A stretch of DNA of 64,000 nt. Source: Heterodontus francisci. Lineage: Eukaryota. Under the pieces are notes generated by a model, which saw nothing but the letters and a program-made list of their open reading frames with translations, was not told the origin of the DNA and ran no database searches. Position numbers and translations under genes: made by a program. Shown piece after piece: positions 36,313 to 47,392 of this stretch. How positions within the stretch are numbered: position 1 is the stretch's first letter; each line of letters starts with the position of its first letter. The stretch is taken from assembly GCF_036365525.1 (NCBI RefSeq), contig NC_090385.1:59952611-60016610 (forward strand), given 5' to 3'.

Positions 36313-39300
36313 AATATTAATGGCATTGATCCTGTGGCATTATTCACAGTAAGGTGGGTGATCTGGCAGTCCTGGGGAGGGGTGGATTGGAGAATATGGC
36401 AGCATGGCAGAGGGTGAGATATTATGATTTGATAGTAAGGAGGGATAAAAAGATCTCTGTCAAAACTCTGACAGAGCTGCATCATTAAAACTTAATGTAA
36501 AAATAGTTATTTTGAAATTTTAGTGTAAACAACAGAAATCACAGATGGACCACAGTGGCAGAAGTAACATTGATGGTAATGAGAAGGAAGGAAGGTGCAA
36601 GTTCAACAAAAAAAAACCAAGTTGGATTGCAATTAAAGTGAGTTGCAAGTTAATTTTTGTTGCTTAATTTAAAGTTTTACTTACTGTTGCACTTGCAAAT
36701 CCTGACCTATTTGCACATTTCTATCCTTTTTCTGTGTTTGAGATTGCCGGCATTGATTTTTCATTTCATCCAATTTAAATTTACATGTGCATATACATAC
36801 TCAACAGTTTTGTCTCCATTTATTTTCAGCCTGCAATACAAGTGTATGTATATTTTATGTTACTTGCTTATTGTTGAGCCAACAGCACCCTGCCATTAGA
36901 GAACTGTATAATTGGCAAATCAGTGCAACTGTGATCAATAATCTTCTCCAGAAAATAGATTTTTATTCAGAATTAATTCCACAAACAAATTTCTTCCTTC
37001 TGATCTGTATTTCATAAACTTGCACAACAGTTACTTTTTAGAATTGGTCTGAGAAACTCAACCATGATTCCTTAATGGTGGTTTAAGGGTTTTTAAATCT
37101 AAATGTTGAGCAGAAAAATTATATGTGTAACCTTGGACACACTTTGACAGATGACCACCTCAAGATATAACATAATACACATTTAATGACTGATACCATT
37201 TCATGGAGTAGAATAACTGTAATACACTGTACAATAAAGTACGCAATTTCTGCGAGCTTAATTAAATAATTACAACACAATTATTAATCCATCATGCATC
37301 GATAACATGAAAAAAGCCACAAAACTTGGCCAAGTGAAAATAGACCCGCACAAAATAAAACATTTGGAATTCTCTCAATATTTATCTTAGTAAACAAATT
37401 TCAGTGTTCTGCTCATTTTTTTAATGCCACAAGAAGTTATGTACAGCAACTCAAACACCACATGACATCCTTTGCCTTAAAGTTGCCCTCCATACCTTTA
37501 GGTACGCTCAGACATCTGTTGGATTATTGCTATCTACATAAGGTGAAGGGTGTTTAACTTGCAACCCCATTGAATTGTCTCTGAACTGGTTCCATTTCTA
37601 AAGTAAATTCATGGACTTCTTGTAAGGAAAACTTGGGAAGAATAGCCTTTAATATATATATATTTTTTTAAAGATAATTTATGAGCTCCACTTCAACCAC
37701 AAGTTTGTGGCAGAGAATTCCATATTTCAACCACCTTCTGTGGAAATTCTTGAAACTCAGCCCTCTTGAACTCTATCTAACTCTAGAGCTTTTTTTTTTA
37801 ATCTGAGCATGAAATATAACTTCAAGACCCCTACTCCTCTTTATAATATGCTGATTTAATTATCTAAAGAAGGGTAAGCAGTCTGCACAGGAGTCCACGT
37901 CAATAGTCATGCTTGCAACATACTGATAACCAGGAGTACAACTGCCTGCTGTTCTCCATCACATCACTGAATATTTTCCCGTTGTGCTTATTCTCATTGC
38001 TCAATCTTTCCCTCCCCATGAAGACCTCAGCTGTGCCCTTGATAATGTATAGGATGACAAGGTATTGTTTTTTGCATTAAAACCCATGATCTGATGAGGG
38101 GTAAGTAATGTAACAGAAATTTAAATCTGATTAAAAACAGTAGAACTATTCACTTAAACTATGTTCTTTGATCGCAAGTTCTTCAATAAATGATAGCTGG
38201 ATGTGAGATTTTAAGTTTTAATTTGATTTAACTCATGTTTATCTCCTTTTCCTGGATAAACAATTCTGCCCTAAACCAAAAAGATGGGTGCCAATTTCGA
38301 TTGGTTAAATGGACCATGACAACTGTATTATATTGTGAACCTCTATTCTGCAAGCCACACATCAACAATCCAGGGAACTGAAATAATATTAGTGAGGCAA
38401 AACAGTACCTGGTTGATTTTTTTACCCCCCTCAAATTACTTGCATCCAGTTTCTATGTTGTCGCGTAGAACACCAGAGGTGGCTTCTTCTAGTACACTGC
38501 ACAGTTGGTGTTGTATACTGCAATTTATTGCATGGCAAATTTTCTTTATTGTAATCTCACATGTTACCTGCTTTCATTAACTGCAATAAGATAGATGCAG
38601 GGTTAGGTGTGTGATCAGGGCCTTAATTTTGAGATTTGATTTACTGATGACGCACATTTATTGAAAACTTTGATTCCTTGATATTTTGCGAGATACAAAG
38701 GTGAATGGAAAAATAGACTTCTCTTTTTAAAATCAGACTTTCAATTCTTGCTTTTCATTCTAAAATTTTCTCATGATATGGCTCAGAAACTGAACTGTAC
38801 AGGTGGTAACCCTACCTGCATGGCTCCACACTCACCTAAACTTCACTCTTTCCAAGTAACCATTTCTGAAATTCCTACTGGCTACTTCTTTTGGTAACTA
38901 CACTAATTTTAAGAACAAAGTTCCTTTTAATGTGGATATAACCTATTGTGTCTACACAGAAAGTAAGTGTAAATGTAAAGACTACACCTTAACTCCAACA
39001 AAATAAAGAAAGTTAGCTGTGTAATACAATATACCATAAGAAAAGAGCAATGCATAGCAAGAGTGCCCTCTGATGTTCTGCATGACAGTCAACAGATTCT
39101 CAGTCACATTAGACAACCTGCTGATTACAGTTAATCATTTAGGGTTTAATTGAATCATCATCCGGGTGCCTGTGGTGCAGAGAAATGATCTGCTACTATT
39201 TCCTACATATCTAATTACTTGGAATAAATTGCAAGCTCCTGCTGCTTGCCAGCTGCATCAAAGACAAGGTGCCCAGTGCTGCCCCCCCAGCAGAAAATGT

Positions 39301-40044
39301 GACAAATAAATACAAATCTGCTATAAATCAGAATTTCCAGCTGTTATTCATTTGTTGTTCTTCCATATATGACTAGAACTAGCTAACACACTATGTGGAA
39401 AGACTACTTAGTAATTTATTTTTGTAACATGGAGTAAAAGAAGCAGCAGTAAAGCACCTAGAAGTTCAAAAAAATATCTTAACAGAGAGGTAGCTGCGAA
39501 GTTTAAAAGCTCGCTTAGCACATAGAACAGAATACATTACTGCAGGATAAGCAGTTTGTGTAATTGAGTTGTAATGTAGTGAATAAGGCACCTTGAAAAG
39601 TCTGCCAGAAGGTGGCCTTTGATGGCCAAAGTGAAAGTTTGAAAGACAAAAGAGTGATTAAAGATGCAACTTCTCCTTTGCAATTTTCATCTAAAACCAG
39701 ACAGATAGTGGGTGAGAACAGACTGATAAGGGAAGAGTATGTGCAGAATAACTTGAGTTTTGGTCAGTCTGGAAGCAATGGAAAATTACTGAAGGGGGAA
39801 GTACCATGTGAGGTCAGGTGGCAGAAAGAAGCCATTCAAGGAAAAGGAGGCAAATTCAAGTCTACTAAGTGTAGAAAAGAGTATAAAAGGAGACCTTGTG
39901 AGCTTTGAAAATCAGTACAATGTTGGAATGCATGCTTACATTAATGTGCTGTTATACCTGCTTTGCTTGAAAATTGCTTTCTTTGCTGAAGGAAGAAATA
40001 AAGGTATTGAACCTCAGAATTGACTATTTTTGGCACGAAAGTAA

Positions 40045-40175
40045 AAAGAAAACATCAAAATACTACGGATGCTGGAAATCTGAAATAAAAACAAAGTGCT
40101 GGAAATACTCAGATCTGGCAGCATCTTGTGGAGCGAGAAACAGAGTTAGCGTTTCAGGTTTGTGACCTTTCATCA
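40045..40175 (-). mobile_element. Penelope-like terminal fragment with a degenerate hammerhead core
   Basis: Minus strand reads tTGATGA-a-aggt-cacaa-acct-GAAA-cgct-aactctg. Confidence 0.7.
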
Positions 40176-40681
40176 AAAAAGAAAACATCCATCTTTTTAC
40201 CAGCATCGAGGTGAGCCACCACGACCTGAAGTTGTAGTTTTTTGTTTTGAAAACCAGGGAGTTGTTGGCATTAGACTGGAACAAACCCTCATCCATCAAG
40301 AACTCAACTGCGAGCGAGCTCTGGGACAGGAGGTAGACTTTTTCCACCATTGTCAACTTATGGTGTCAATTACAGTGGAGAGCACAGGATAAAGAGCCGA
40401 TATACGTGTGAGTAGTGCTTAATTTATTATGGGATTAGAACAGATACAAAATTATATGGTGGTCTAACGTGACAGTGGAGAGCCATTGTACATGCCATAT
40501 AAACCTCAACCCTTACAGGCATCATGGAAAATGAGGGTTGTTGTAGGGAAAAAATGTAGGGGATACTGATCAACTCCAAAAAAAGCCGAACTCAAGGGGA
40601 AAGATGGATCTCTTGGAATTAAGCTGAGACCTTGATCCCAAACGAGACTAGAATTTTCTATAAAAATAGCACCTTTGGCAC

Positions 40682-43600
40682 TTTTTTTTTTATTCGTTCA
40701 TGGGATGTGGGCATCGCTGGCCAGGCCAGCATTTATTGCCCATCCCTAATTGCCCTTGAGAAGGTGGCGGTGAACTGCCTTCTTGAACCATTGCAGTCCA
40801 TGTTGCGTAGGTACACCCACAGTGCTGTTAGGAAGGGAGTTCCAGGATTTTGACCCAGTGACAGTGAAGGAACAGCGATATAGTTCCAAGTCAGGATGTG
40901 TGTGACTTGGAGGGGAACTTGCAGGTGGTGGTGTTCCCATGCATTTGCTGCCCTTGTTCTTCTAGTTGATAGAGGTCGCGGGTTTGGAAGGTGCTGTCTA
41001 AGAAGCCTTAGTGCATTGCTGCAGTGCATCTTGTAGATGATACAGACTGCTAACACTGTGCGTTGGTGGTGGAGGGAGTGAATGTTTGTGGATGGTGTGC
41101 CAATCAAGCGGGCTGCTTTGTCATGGATGGTGTCGAGCTTCTTGAGTGTTGTTGAAACTGCACCCATCCAGGCAAGTGGAGAGTATTCCATCACACTCCT
41201 GACTTGTGCCTTGCAGATGGTGAACAATGTTACGACCAGGTGAGAAATGTGTCTGGGGGTCCCTCTCAGCCTTCACCTGGTCTTACCGAAACAACGTTTT
41301 ATTTTTAACACACTAGTTTTTTAGCTCCCCCTCGGTGAATCCTTGTTCACCGCTTTTCAATTATAAGGCAAAGGTTTAAAGAAGAAAAGTTGAAAATTTA
41401 TTAAACTTGAACTTAAACTCTAATTCGGTTGGCGCCTACGGATACACAACGCGCTCACGCTAGCATACATATGTGATACACACATGCAAATAGAAACAGA
41501 AAACAGCAGAAGAAAAATAAAGTGGAAAAGTTTAAGTAAACATCTGAAGAGGTTTGCGACGGTTCTTCAAGCTCACTGTAGAGTCCTTGATTGTAGGTAG
41601 ATCTTGCTTTTCGTTGAGGCCCAGTATTCTTCTTAAATCTTGTTCACTGTAGGAGACTTTTCTCCCTTGGGGTTCATGTGTCTTCAGTGGATTCAGAGGC
41701 TTGTGAGAAAGAGATGGGAGAGATCTTCTCGGTCTGAGAGCAAACAGTCTTTCAGTCAAGCTGTACAATTCAGAAAAAAACAGGTTGCTAAGCAGGCTAG
41801 TCATGTGATCAGCTGGTCTGACCACATCTATTTGTGGATTCTCTGGTCTTAGCCGACCCTGGAATGTCTCCTCTTATACACAATGTCTGGTGCTCAAAGT
41901 CCATTGTGGGTTAAATTGGATAAGGGAAGTAACCCATTTATCTCCACAAGCACTGTCTGTTAATATGCAAATATGAATGGTGCTGAACATTGTGCAATCA
42001 TCAGCGAACATCCACACTTCTGACCTTATGATTGAAGCAAGTTCATTGAAGAAGCAGCTGAAGATGGTTGGACCTAGGACACTACCATGAGGAACTCCTG
42101 CAGCGATGTCCTGGTGCTGAGATAATTGACCTCCAACAACCACAACCACCTTCCTTTGTGCTAGGTATGACTCTAACCAACGGAGAGTTTTTCCTCGATT
42201 CCCATTGACTCCAGTTTTGCTAGGGCTCCTTGGTGCCATGCTCAGTCAAATGCTGCCTTGATGTCAAGGGCAATCACTCTCACTTCACTTCACCTCTTGA
42301 GTACAGCTCTTTTATCCATGTTTGGACCAAGGCTATAATGAGGTCAGGAGCTGAGTGGCCCTGGCGGAACCCAAACTGAGCATCACTGAGTAAGTTATTG
42401 CTAAGCAAGTGCCACTTGATAGGACTTTTCACAACACCTTCCATAACTTTACAGATGATTGAGAGTGGACTGATGGGGCGCTAATTGGCTGGGTTGGTCT
42501 TGTCCTGCATTTTGTGTACAGGAAATACCTGGGCAATTTTCCACATTGTCAGGTAGACGCCAGTGTTGTAGCTGTACTGGAACTGCGGCAAGTGCTGGAG
42601 CACAGGTCTTCAGTTGTTTCTTGATATCACGCAGAGCAAATCAAATTGGCTGAAGACTGGCATCTATGGTGCTGGGGACTTCAGGAGGAGGCTGAGATGG
42701 ATCATCTACTCTGCACTTCTGGCTGAGATTGTTGCAAATGCTTCAGCCTTATCTTTTGCACTGATATGCTGGGCACCCCCATCATTGAGGATGGGGATAT
42801 TTGTGGAGCCACCTCCTCCAGTTAGTTGTTTAATTGTCCGCCACCATTCACGACTGGATGTGGAAGGACTGCAGAGCCTAGATCTGATTCATTGGTTATG
42901 GGATTGCTTAGCTCTATCGCATGCTGCTTACGCAGTTTGGCATGCAAGTAGTTCTGGGTTTTAGCTTCACCAGGTTGATGCCTCATGCCTGGCCTGCCCT
43001 CCAGTACTCTTCATTGAACCAGGGTTGGTCCCCTGCCTTAATGGTAATGGTAGAGTGGGGAATTTGCCAGGCCATGAGATTACAAATTGTGGTTGAGTAC
43101 AATTCTGCTGCTGCTGATGGCCCACAGTGCCTCATGGATGGCCAGCTTTGCATTGCTAGATCTGTTCGAAATCTATCCCATTTAGCATGGTGGTAGTGCC
43201 ACACAACACAATGGAGGATATTCTCAAGGTGAAGACGGGACATTGTCTCCACAAGGACTGTGCAGTGGTCACTCCTACCAATACTGTCATGGACAAATGC
43301 ATATGTGGCTGGCAGATTGGTGAGGACGACGTCAAGTCAGTTTTTCCCTCTTGTTGGTTCCCTCACCACCTGCCGCAGACCCAGTCTAGCAGCTATGTCT
43401 TTAGGGCTCAGTCAGTAGTGGTGCTACTGAGACATTCTTGGTGATGGACATTGAAGTCCCCCACCCAGAGTACATTCTGTTCCCTTGCCACTCTCAGTGC
43501 TTCCTCCAAGTGGTGTTCAACATGGAGGAGTACTGATTCATCAGCTGAGTTGGGGGGGTGGGGAGGGGGGTGGGGGTGCGGGTAGTAGGTGGTAATCAGC

Positions 43601-44279
43601 AGGTTTCCTTGCTCATGTTTGACCTGATGCCATGAGACTTCACGGGCTCTGGAGTCAATGTTGAGGATCCCAGGGCAACTCTCTCCCAACTGTATACCAC
43701 TGTCCCGCCACCTCTGCTGGGTCTGTCCTGCTGGTGGGACAGGACATACCCACGGATGGTGATGCTGGTACATTGTCTGTAAGGTATGACTGTGTCAGGC
43801 TGTTGCTTGACTAGTCTGTGGGACAGCTCTCACAACTTCGGCACAAGCCCCCAGATGTTAGTAAGGGGCACATTGCAGGGTCGGATTTGCCGTCGTTTCC
43901 GATGCCTAGGTAGATGCCGGGCAATCCTTTTGGTTTCATTCCTTATTGACTTTGTACTGGCTTGCTAGGCCATTTCAAAGGGCATGTAAGAGTCAATCAC
44001 ATTGCTGTGGGTCTGGAGTTCCATGTAGGCCTGACCAGGTAAGGACAGTAGATTTCCTTCCCTTAGGGCATGAGTGAACCAGATGGGGTTTTTTTCAACA
44101 ATCAACAATGGTTTCATGGCCATCGTTAAACTAGATTTTTTTTTTAAATTCCAGATTTTTATTAATTGAATTCAAATTCCACCTCATGCCATGGTGGAAT
44201 TTGATCCCATGTCCCCAGAACAGTACCCTGGGTCTCTGGGTTACTAGTCCAGTGACAATACCACTACGTCATTGCCTCC
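40682..44279 (-). mobile_element. Full-length single-ORF (APE endonuclease plus RT) CR1-group LINE with tRNA-like 5' head, degraded, interrupted by an LTR-like insert
   Basis: EN start LTNIWGLVPKL..RLVKQQPD (about 43790-43865), VLWVGDFNVHHQE (43408..43773), AGVPHGSVLGPTIF..FADDCT (41874..42239), KAQVRSVMEYSPLAW (40733..41227). ATGAACGAAT-polyA tail. A box 44261-44271, B box 44196-44207. Confidence 0.9.
41228..41972. mobile_element. Truncated LTR-like insert
   Basis: Begins TGTTACGACC like the 11353 element, with a similar AT-rich and CA-rich layout. No CA terminus or TSD seen, and adjacent LINE sequence is missing. Confidence 0.6.
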
Positions 44280-44699
44280 TCAAGCTTACAAGCAAGCTAT
44301 CGATGTGGAGGGGTGGGGCAAGGCAGGGCAGGGGCACACACTTAATATGTTGAGAGTTCCCACTTAACTAAGCCTACATGGGACCTGGCTTAAGTCTGGA
44401 GGTTGGTATGCCCAGTGAGATTGAGTGTCCTCCAGAAGGGCACAGGCAGCTCTCACTGGGAGGTGTCCAAGATGTTAGAGCCTGGACTAGGATCGCAAAT
44501 ATTTTTAATGAAAAATATCACATGGGGGGATGAGGGTGGTTAAGAAGTCTCTCAGAATGGGCAAGGGAGAATGGGCTCAGATAGTTACTAGAATTACATG
44601 TGGATTTTCAGGCCCTTAACGTATTATTGAAAGTACTTGGTCAATGTCCATTTAAAAAGTTATATAATTCCATGACTTCTTAAAAAACACTTCATAGTA

Positions 44700-47392
44700 T
44701 GCACAGTACTCAACCCATGTACTGAATACACCACTCTGCTCAAACACAAGTGGCATGATGTTGCAGGCCTTTGCGATGATGTCTTCGTTCATGGAAACAG
44801 TGGCCACTGCGTGGAGCATCAAATGCAGTAGTCAAACGTGCAGGCCTTCACCAGTCTCCTCCATATTTGTGAATCAGGCATTGTTGTTATATGTTCCATC
44901 GTCTAGGTGAACATAGTCACACACTGGAGAGTTTCTAATTTTCTATTTGTGCTTGAAGAATCCTTATTTGCCATAGTTTAGTGTTGCCCAAGAGCTTTAT
45001 GGATATTGATCTGTGTCTCATCTTTCACAAGCGTTTGTGACTTCTTGTGAACGCCATTCAGCTTTCCAAGCTTCATCAGGATCGAAGTTGTATTGTTGAA
45101 GGTTAAACACATGGGTCCAAAAGGCCTTGTGTGACTTCAAGTGCTATTGAAACACATTGTTGAGGTCCTGGTAGATGGGGTGGCATTTGTTTTCAGTGAT
45201 TTGCTGGATTTTCTGGAGGGTTGCAGCATCGCAGTGAATGGATGGGGAAGCGATGTGTAACAGCATGGCCAGTCAGGGTATTGAGTTCGATTTGAGGGTT
45301 CCAGTGATACACTCCATTGTCGTGTTCAATTGGACATTGACAAGTTGAGTGTGGCTACTTCTGGTCCATACCGGTGCACAATACTTGGCTATGGAGCACA
45401 GAAGTCACTTTCATGGTGTACTTAACATTTCTGTTATCAAGATGGAATGCAGTAACTGTTGTTTGGTGGGGTATTTGGCTTAAGCTTCCATTTCCAGAAA
45501 TATTCCTCCATGGTGTTTAGGTCCCTGTTCAAAGTGGATTCAATGTCTTTGAATGTGGCTGCTTGCACTGCGATGGCAAGGTCATCTGTATATGCTGTAC
45601 ATCTCTGATGTCTGAAGCACTGATGCTGATGCTCTCTCCAGCTTGTGCTTGCCAACTTCTCGACCAGTTTGACCCTTGTCAGTGTCTTGGCGCCAGTCTT
45701 TTTCGGGTGGTCATGGAAGGTTAGTGTGTGGTCCATCTTCACTCCAAGATAGTTTGAAGTGGGCTCATGTGTCTCAGTATTGCCACAGAAGTCACTTTCA
45801 TGGTGTACTTAACATTTCTGTTATCAAGATGGAATGCAGTAACTGTTGTTTGGCTTAAGCTTCCATTTCCAGAAATATTCCTCCATGGTGTTTAGGTCCC
45901 TGTTCAAAGTGGATTCAATGTCTTTGAATGTGGCTGCTTGCACTGCGATGGCAAGGTCATCTGTATATGCAAATGTGTGTGCCTTTGTTAGCAGCATGTC
46001 ACGTGTGAAGATATTGAAGAGCCTTGGTAGGAGTACTGACCCTTACGGCAGCCCGTTGTTGAGGAACCAGAATAAGCTGGCTTTGTCGCTCAAATGGATC
46101 CTATTGATCAGTATCATCCATAATCAGGTGGAGTGTTTTGAGGCCGGGGATGATCCTTGCGAGCTTCAGCATCAGTCCTTTTATCTAAACTGTGTCGTAG
46201 ACCAACAACAGGTCTATAAAGGCTGTGTTGGTCTTTCATTTCTTCTGGAATCTGGCCTCTGTGTTGCAAGAGCCAAAACTTGGTGGCAGCAACTGCAATT
46301 GGGCTGGAATCCCGCATGTACTTTGGGAATCCCTGATTTACCAAGAGGGCTGATTTTCCAAAGGACAATATGTTCCAGGAGTTTATGTGTTGTACACGGG
46401 ACTGATATTGGCCTATAGCTTCCCAGGTTGTCGGTTGGCTTGCCCGGGTTGAGTAAGGCAATGATCATCACCTGCTGCTATGCATTTGGGATTCATCTGG
46501 ATTCCATGGTATTAATGTAACATTTTGTCAGCCACTGAAGTTAATGAATTTTGGGGGGGGTGAGGGGGGTAGATCTCCAATGGCCACTTTCCCGTTCTTC
46601 ATTGTGACTAAACCTTCCTTTGCTGCATCTGTGCTGATGGCAGTGGGGTATTGTGAAGAGGTTGAGATTGTTTTCTGGTGTAGTTGACGATGGATCTTCA
46701 CTTGGTGTTTTTGTCAAGCAGTCATTTTGCACTCAGCATGCTTTTGGAGGCTATGGAGTTGGGCTGGACTTTTGAGGTCTGATAATCCATCATATTAAAT
46801 TGCTCCAAGACATTATAGTAGGGCCCAGGCATGGCGACTAGAGAGTGTGAAGTCCAGAACTTCAACATACTCAATCCACTGCTGTCATCTGGCTGAGTCT
46901 TGAAAATCTAGCAGGGCCTTTGTAATCTGTGGGCTGCCTAACTGATTGTCCTCCTGGAGCAGTTCTTGGGATCTACTTCATTCCAGAAGAAGGGGTGTAT
47001 TCTTCCTGGAAGCCCTGAGGGATGGTGGTCTTGCAGCATTCTGGTGTCACAGGGATTCAGATCACCACTTTTTTGGCAGCCTCCCTCCATAGCAGTCCCA
47101 AGCAGCTTTGGCTCAGTTCCACTGTGGGATTTGTTTTGACAAAATCACATGGAGTGCATGGCAGCGTGGGTGATGGGATGACGTTGGCTGTTGGGGAATT
47201 CAGAAAATGTTTTGTGGGGTGCATGAAGTGTGCTCCAGCTTTGATTTTTGGAAACAATAGTGAGGTCTGGGTTGAAGTCACATTGCTATTGAGCAGAGGG
47301 GAAAGTTTCTCACTGTTTGGGATCAAAGACCAGTTGGAGATCTTCCATGGACATCAAATCTGCAAGGTCTTCGTCATTGGCTTCATAGCCCG
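44700..47392 (-). mobile_element. Vingi/Ingi-clade LINE remnant with an internal duplication
   Basis: IIALLNPGKPTDNLGSYRPISV..HKLLEHIV (46214..46471) and YTDDLAIAVQAATFKDIESTLNRDLNTMEEYFWKWKLKPN (45437..45742). Clade assignment from recalled motifs. Confidence 0.7.
45397..45970. repeat. Near-identical direct repeat of about 190 bp (45397-45595 and 45784-45970)
   Basis: cacagaagtcactttcatggtg...ggtcatctgtatatgc occurs twice. The first copy has an extra 12 nt (tggggtatttgg). Confidence 0.95.

Noticed and set aside
43550-43582. G-quadruplex-like G tract (also C tracts at 10909-10928 and 50742-50758)
   Set aside because: Homopolymer expansions inside decayed elements, with no evidence of function.
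44190-44279. tRNA gene
   Set aside because: A/B boxes are present but I could not fold a full cloverleaf, and there is no T-run terminator. It is a retroelement head.
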